From Trichoplax adhaerens (lineage: Eukaryota > Animalia > Placozoa): 64,000 bases of DNA. The notes below the pieces were generated by a model. The model saw only the letters and a list, made by a program, of their open reading frames with translations, searched no databases and had not been told where the DNA came from. A program made the position numbers and the translations under genes. Positions 53,301 through 64,000 of this stretch are shown here, piece by piece (position 1 is the first letter of the stretch; the number at the start of each line of letters is the position of its first letter). Where the stretch lies: NCBI RefSeq assembly GCF_000150275.1, contig NW_002060954.1, forward strand, positions 620,001 to 684,000, given 5' to 3'.

Positions 53301-56300
53301 TCACAGTAGAAGAATATATCTTAATCGAAAGCTGATACTGATTTCATTTCAAAACTTCGGATTCATTAAATTTAAGCGCAACGTTTTCTTCAAATTTGAG
53401 TTAGATCATGAGTATGTATATAAGCAAATTAATACTTATTCTCTTATCTTGGCTAAGAAAGTTTCTTTCTTTCCTGTCTAGATATTCTAGCAACTAAATG
53501 AATATAACGCTTTCAGTTGTATTTAGCATTTTAATTTCCCTAATCAGATGAGTATGTGCTCAACGTCATATTTGGGTAATTAATTTTAAGTGCTACCAGA
53601 TGAGTAATGACCAGGTAAAATTTTACATAATGTGTATGTGTTACTTAAAATGGGAATTTCTAGAACAAAATTTGGCTTGTTACATTTTTGTTGGAGATCC
53701 AACATGTTCTGTATCCTATATTTCTATTGAATAAAATGAAATTTAGTGCGTAAATAATAGGCTAGACGATGCAAATGAAATGAATATTATAATAAATCTC
53801 CTAAAATAAATCAAATAACTTCCCTATTTATTTTTTTGTTTAGTAGTGAATTTCAGCTGTCTATCGGCGATCAGAGTAGGCTTGCTCCGTCTATATTCTA
53901 AAAAATAAGATATATTTATTGCTTAGGTGTTGAACTAATGAGAAGAAGTCCACTATAATATAATCACAATGAACCTGTCAAAAACAATCTATTTAATTGA
54001 AAATCTTTTATCAATTGCTCATTTTCATTACTATAATTCTAACAGTAATATTTAATGATCCACGGTTATATTTCGTTAATTTGGACTATATGTAGTCATG
54101 CTTTATAATTTACTATTAAATTATTCCTCAGTAAACGTCTATAAGCTTTACTTTTCATATGAAAAATCTGAAACAATAGATTAAACATAGATATTATTAT
54201 TTATGCAATCTGTCTAGTAATTAATGGTGATGGAATTTGAAAGATTTGATTTCGTTCGTTATTTACTTACTTCCAAGATTATATTTAGATAGGGATAGCG
54301 AGAAGAGAAAGAAGCAGGAGTGGAATGAACACAATAAGTAAATACCAGAAAGAGACTTTTGATTGCGGGCCAGTCTAGTTTTTCTAATTTTTTCTACACT
54401 TCAGTCAAGCTCCTATCCTACCGATATAAATCAACATACGAATCTGCTCCTAATATAGCGATATAAATAGCGGCCGAAATCAGCTAGCTAACTGTTTACT
54501 TTAAATTAGGCTACCTCTACATCTGTTGATTATTTTGCTATAGTATCGCAATAGTTACAGCACATATTATCTTTTAGCTGAATTGGTTTCTCTCACTTTA
54601 TAGTTTAAAGTAGACGATATGATAATTCAAATGGGATAGGGTCGTTGATTTTAAGGATTTAGTTAAGAAGCTTCATTACGATCAATTGTAAAATATTCCA
54701 CGCTAATAAATCTGATGCTAGTTTCAATTTTAGAAGTTGGTTATATAAGCAAATGCTGAATGAAAGGGGTAGGTCACATCGTATTACTTTTATCTAGGTA
54801 AGTAAAATGGAGAGATTTAACAACTATGAGATTTAATTGTCTTCTTAAATGTAAACTAGCGTTGGCATTGTTTAATAATAAATAGGAGGTCTAATAACTT
54901 TTACTGCATATAGGATCTCTTCATAAGCATTAAAATAGTGTGAAAGTACTAAAAAAGAGAAAGTGTATTCTTATTTGAATGATTTAATAGATTAAGCTAC
55001 CATCTGCTTTACATTATCAACCATAATACCAATGGAAGCGTTACTTTGTTGTTACAGTAAAAATAGTCAAGTTCTAACAAATAAAAGGATTATTATTATA
55101 GTAAGAGACGTTACGTTATTCACATGAAAGGTACCTTAATCGATCCATCTTTATACCAATATATCTATCTCATTTTTAGCCTATTTCCAAGAAATAGAAC
55201 GTGGGCCAAGTGATGTTATTAGTTTTACGTTTACAATATCATTAGTAATTGAAGTTTTCCTACAGTTAAGAAATGCAAATAGTAATAGACTTACTAGCAA
55301 GAATGCAATCAATTCTCACAAAGAGTATAAATTTTATTCATTTCAAATTGCTGGATGTATTTAATCTTCTTATTTTTACTCGTTGTGCCATTCATTGTTA
55401 AATGATTTTAAATCTACAGATAGACACGATCTTAATGAACACCACAATGGTAGCTAATATCCTAGTTCGCTGCATTTATTTTCATTTAAACTAGCAAAAA
55501 CCAACTCGCAATTTTAACATTTTATAAGCCTTATTTCTAAGACGTTAGCTTAAAAAACACGAAAAGGCATGGATTAATCTAGGCCTGCGATCTCAATTAT
55601 ATGGTTAAAGATGTTTGGATCGGCGAATAAAATTGATTTAGAAAGTATTTATATACTAAGAAATAAACGCAAAGCAATAAAAAATATAAATATAATCATT
55701 GCGCTATGATTTTACAGTGATAGATGAAAGCATCTTGTACAATAATTAGAGATTATGATTTCTAGTGAAAGATTATGATCAAGAATCAAAAATTAAAGGA
55801 ATAATTTATTGTATAAGCTTTTATCTAACATGTAGCTGTACCTAAAAGAATAGTTAATCATTAATAAATTAAAAATATCTAGAACTTAATACTTCTTCAG
55901 TCTAGTATAAAAAGTTAATTATGAGCAGAACAGGTTTAAGTCTGACCATTTACACTATGCATAAGCTTAATGTAAAACGGTTTACGGCCATAAAATTATT
56001 GTTAAGAAAATAGAAATTTAAATGTAATCGAAATTGGATCCTAAACGGTCAATACTTATCAATAATCTACGATTATCGTTATTATTTTGAAAATTAAAAT
56101 AAAGCCATTTGAAATCCAGCATACAAGTACTCTGAGCCAATTTTAAAGTTTCGATATAATATGAGTTATTTTCGAGAGATCAAATAAATTGGTGATATAA
56201 ATAACAATGAAATTCAGAACATAGAAAGAAAATGTCTTCATTCATTAATTCGCTTAGAACGATCAAGGTATTAGTGCAAAGAACTACCGGTATTTTATTT

Positions 56301-59300
56301 GAAATTTTTAATGACGAGATGACGATTGTAGTTAAATACAGTGCAAAATTTAAATTAAAATAGCCTAAGACAACAGCTTTAGCGAGAAAAAAGTTCCGTT
56401 CTTTTATCGTTTTAATCAAATATAATAAAATGAAAGCAATGTTGTCATTACGTACTTGATATTTAAAAGGTTTCTGCCTATTTCCTTCAACTATTGCAGC
56501 GCTTGTAGAATACTAACAATATACTTCCACAACATGGCATCATTATAAAAAAGAGAGTAAAGTAATTAACATCCTGTCACCATACTTTCAAATATGATAG
56601 ACAAATAATCCAAGGTAGATATTTGTTGCTATGAATAGTCTATGGTAAACTATACAGCAATGAGAGTAATTGTCAATAAACTGTTAGCTTCTAACAATTT
56701 ATTTTTTAACCTTTTTCTTTTTATATAATGTAATCTATAGTGGCCGTGAATAGTAACATGAAAATACTGCTAGATTGTAAATTTACATTAACCTACTTTA
56801 TTCCTTCAATATTACTTAATATCTAAGAAAAGTTATTGATGAAGCAATACAGTGTATTATACATCGCTATTTTGTCTTGATATACAGGTAAGTAAAACGA
56901 TGACTACGTATCAAAGTAGCGAAATATTTTTAGCATGATCACACTATAAAATAATGAAGATATTTCATGTACGTACGTATTGAAGACAAATATCAGTTCT
57001 ATTTGGATTTTATTTAATTAATGATACACAGCAAATGAAATAGAAATCTTTAAGAATATAAAGTTTGCATTGGTCGATTTATTAACTGATGAATGAATAA
57101 ATTAATTTTACAGATCTGCAATTCAGGAACGGCAATGACTGCCTGCTTTAAATGTAGTGGTCAACATCTTGAAGTCTTTTGTTCTTATTACTCAGCGATA
57201 GTAAAGATCAGAGTAATTACTTAACTACATTTTTACTTAGGAAAGAATAAAGAATTAGTGTTCTAATTAATCAGAATTTAGCATAATTAAAATAAAACAA
57301 GATGACTATTTTGCACACTGAAAATTCGTAGAGATAAAATAGAGAAATCTTTGTCTAACATGGTTACATACTATTGGTGAACCTCTACCTATACGATGAA
57401 AAACAGAAACACTTTATCTTTTACTTAATGGGACGAGAGAATAAGTAATTAATTTCTAAACTTAACACAACTACGTTAGCTAAGAAATAATCGTTAGTTT
57501 GTGAGATCAAGTCCAAAATTAAATTAAGAACATTGATTCTTTTTAAACAATTAATTATGTTTAAAATGTACCAAGGGAATATAGAAGGGGAACGATAAAT
57601 TCAAGATGGTAATATAAGGAAACCTAATCAAAAATATCTATTATGATTGGATTTACTGCGATTTAAACTAGTTTCATAACAACGGTACTATATGAATACA
57701 TAGCGAAGGAATTCACTTGCATAATGATTGATATTAATACTTAATAGATATCACTTATGATCGCATATGCTGTATAGCATTGAGGTGAGTGATCTTTCTT
57801 TTCTATAGACTGACAAAGAAAGTAAATACGGCGGACATTTTAAAAGAGTAATATGGCACAATTACAATAAAATAAGGAAATCAGTGTCACGGTACGAACC
57901 ACCGTGAAGAGTAAATGACCAAATTTAGTGGTAAACATTTATATATGGAGATAAGTAATGACTTACAGTAAGAACTACGATAGTTATTTTGTTACGGTAA
58001 ATTATACTGTACTACTAATAATTCTGCGTATGAATAAACTGTAATCTAATTATCTAAAATCGTTCAGTACATGTCTAAGATTATGAATAATTTCTGTATT
58101 AATTTAGCTATCCAATATAAACTAAATTTCATGAATTGTTATGACTCATACATGATAGCTGCTGCCGAAGGGTGTCTAAGCTCGGTAGATAATTGAATAA
58201 AAGAAGGGTTCTATAATTATTTAACGTAGAAGCAAAGGCGTCTGAATTCTTGTGGGATAGTTAAGGGATACTGAATCCCCGAGACTATAGTAATTTAGAG
58301 ATTTGTTTTACGTTATCTTTATCACGAAGCTGGTTTGTGACAGTCAGATTCACAAACATCAGATAAATTGAATGAATGATCGATTCTGAATGGCTGTACG
58401 TTTGTTTACATAAAATAGTCTATAACATCTCAAGAACATACGCATAAACAACAAAGTATAAAATATACAGAAAACAATTCACATTGATTGTAATAGCTTA
58501 TACTCTTTCATTTTATGAGAAAATACAGGTCGTAAATGAATTTATTTTATAAGGGCGGTAAAGTAATCGTTAATGATATGGTATTTTGACTTCTTTCGTG
58601 TCAAATATCTTTCGTCTTGACATGCATTAATTGAAAAACCCTTCGAGCTTAATATCAAATAATACAAGCAGAAACACTGTATTCTACTATAGTTCATTTG
58701 ATGATGATGCATCTACAATGATTCCTACCTTCAGAAATCTACGCATTTGTCTTAAATGTAGCAGAGAGACTTTAGACTGTCTGAAGATATATTAAAGAGA
58801 GATCTCTAGCGAATTTCTTAAAACTAAAACATCATACGTTAAAAATGTAAAAATGAGTATACTTTGTAGTTTATCATACCTTATATTACAAACAACGTTG
58901 TGAGTATGATGATTGCTTCCAAGAATGAAGATTGTAGGCTAGTTTTACATAGTTATATATTCCTTAGGTAGCCTTATTTTACAAAAAGCTAGTACGTACA
59001 GTAGTAATAGCTAATGGAAATCAAGAGATTGAAATTACAGCACTGTTTATAATGAGGTCCATTTATTTTAAGCATTTTAATATAGATTTCTCTTATTTTA
59101 AAAATTATTGTAACAAATTCTATCATAGGTTGAACAGCAATTAACGGTAATTTCTCAATCACAAACGAATTTTATAATATAGATACAGTCAATAGACGGA
59201 TAATTTATAGCAAGATATCGGTCTATTCTTATCTACCTTTTTTATTACTAATTACTGTAAAATAATTATCAAGCAGTGCTTGTACTTCAGCTTACTAAAA

Positions 59301-61573
59301 ATTACCGTTATAGGCAAGAACTATAGTAAGAAAAATAATAAAAATAGTTACAATATTTTTGGAAACTGAATATTGATATATAAGAATAAATACAGATATT
59401 ACATCAGCTTTTGCTATCATGCTCAATAGTTAACAATCTATTGCTTATTAAAGTGGTAATTCGTCTTTTAAATGTGGTATATATTCAAAATTTATAACCA
59501 TGATGAGGTATTAGAGAAATAGAAGTGGAACATAGCTTAGAGTACTAGAGAATCATTTATATGTTTAATGATTTCAAATCATATCTACAAAAAATTAATT
59601 TAATTTGGTTTCATATTTAAAGATGAACTACCTGTATTTGTATTTCTAAGATTAATTGTCAAATTTCAGATGGTTATCGGCAAATAAGGTAGGAACTTAA
59701 ACCAAAATGAAAATATTGATACAGAAACTAGAGTATTGTATCGAGAAATAACATTTACTCGTTATCGGTTAAATTTTTGCAGATCTTAAAAGTTGCTCAT
59801 ATAGATCATCGCCTCAGAATATGAAATCCAGTTCTTTATTATAGCGATTTACACTATTATAGTTTATAAATTCATGTCGATCAAGTGCTTGCATAAACAA
59901 TGTAAGTAGAGTATTGTACAATGTCCTATGAGACTATAAAGATATCATTTAATGCACGATGTTCTAGCACTTTACTCGTAGGCTAATGCTATCAATTAAA
60001 ATATGTAAATTTATAAAGCAATTCCATTGATGATAATTATCGTTCGTATTCAAATCTGGATATTTAGATATTATTAATCTGATGTACGACTGTTCCGTAC
60101 AATAATTGATAATTTATCCACATTTTAGTTGGGTGTTCGAATTACAAAACAATGGCTGCAATAACCATGCTGACATAATACCCTCAGAGGTTATAGTCAT
60201 TTTCTCGTTTAGACGCACTAGTTTTCGACTCACAAAGAATCTGTGCTATTTGGCACTAGAAGCGAGATTTAAAGGTATAGTGTGTAGTAACTATAGCACA
60301 GTTGCTCTAAAAATTCACATTTTCATGCATTGAGTATTTTTAAAAATTCAAATTCATTGTTAAAGATGAACGCTAACAGTAATACAGATATGAGTTAGCC
60401 ATGTTTTTGATAAATTTTTCGAATGCAAGGCAAAAAAGTGAAATACAACATTTTTGCATATTAATAATTGTGTTACAAATTGTTTTTTTTAAATCAATCA
60501 AATAGAATAAACACAACATCGCATTGAATATAGTTGCAACGGAAAATAAAGAGCATGTGTATAATAGATGATCACATCTCAAAAGCCAACATATTTAATA
60601 GTGGTATATATAATTAATATTTTAATGATACAGTAATACAGTTCTACAAAATCAAAATAGTCTACAATATGTATTAATCAACAATCCAATATCATTCAAC
60701 ATGTCGCAAGAGCAATGAACTACGATAAATAATTCAACATGAATCCTTTCTTTTTCTAAGATTTTATATAAAACTGAACGATAATTATAATTTATGATAG
60801 TCGTGTATACAAAGACATGCATAGCTATTTTAGTTATGATTTCGTTATAATTTATAAATCATAAAACATTAATATCAAGAGATTACTTTTTTAATTATGA
60901 ATGATAAGCGCCAAATGTCTTCCAACAAAAAAGCAATTACAGCATTCAATGGCTGCGTAGTAAACGCGAAATTATTTTCATCGTGGCGTTGGCTTCTACA
61001 AATACATGTAGATTATTATAGGAGGCATTAGGTATCAATGATATAAAATCGGCGTTATGGACCTCCACAGGGTTGACACGCTTTGTTTGCGCAACATCTA
61101 GATCTATCCATACCATATCTTCATAGTCAAACGATGCAACAATCAACTTTATAACGTCAAAACGATCTTAATAGTTTCAAAGGTGAACATCGAATTCTAA
61201 TGAAACACGTTATATTACCTCAGTCGATAAGTTATCTGTAAGCGATGCAAGAAAGCAAAGTATTTTACAGATACTCTCAAATACTGCTAAAAGCACAAAA
61301 TCTATCCGTAATTTTCTCAGAATGGGATATATTTTTCGTTAAGAAAATTTCATAAAAAGTTGGATCTAGCAGTCAACAATAGTAATAACGGATTTAATAT
61401 TTTACGCCAAATAGGTGATAAAATAATGAAAATAGATTATGCCACAGATATAAACTCGTCGGTAAACAGTATATATTTTAAATGTACATTTGTAGTAGAT
61501 AGCGCTATCTTGATAAAAAGAGTCCATGAAATTTTAATATTTTGTGTGAACATTACGCATCATGAAGCACCGA

Positions 61574-63938
<2,365 letters not shown>

Positions 63939-64000
63939 CTAATAAAACAAGAAATGCCATGAAACTTATCTGATTTTCTTCTTTTGAGTTAACTAATATT

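Noticed and set aside
57114-57225. CCHC zinc-knuckle-like CFKCSGQHLEVFC (retroelement gag remnant)
   Set aside because: An isolated ~36-codon frame with no other retroelement features.
17600-60900. 43-kb regulatory gene desert
   Set aside because: It is empty only on the ORF track. It contains at least one and probably several micro-exon genes.

Overview
AT-rich, intron-containing animal DNA, most likely placozoan (Trichoplax-type). This is inferred from the short introns and from a peptide matching the placozoan PWN neuropeptide as I recall it. Left end: a tandem, same-strand T-box pair, Tbx2/3 (4720-9309, 6 coding exons) followed by a Tbx4/5-class gene (14142-17514, 6 coding exons). Right end: the 3' part of BCAS3 on the minus strand (61574 to beyond 63938). 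BCAS3, TBX2 and TBX4 are also neighbours in human. The ~43 kb between them looks empty on the ORF track but is not. Manual splicing reveals minus-strand secreted prohormone genes built from frame-preserving phase-1 micro-exons. (i) A PWN neuropeptide precursor (46185-49435): the apparent 133-bp satellite is an array of one-peptide-per-exon 39-45-nt exons encoding nine xxPWN-KR copies. (ii) A second precursor I do not recognise (32160-34893), with QMIPFFF-RR, QYRILPIFL-R and QQEIMLVPLWM-K peptides. (iii) A decayed paralogous signal-peptide exon and several weaker orphan signal-peptide or micro-exon candidates. Also present are T-box half-site clusters upstream of both T-box genes and dense TACAG/ACAGTACTGT arrays around Tbx2/3. 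All exon models were derived by eye from GT-AG sites and frame continuity; no searches were run.
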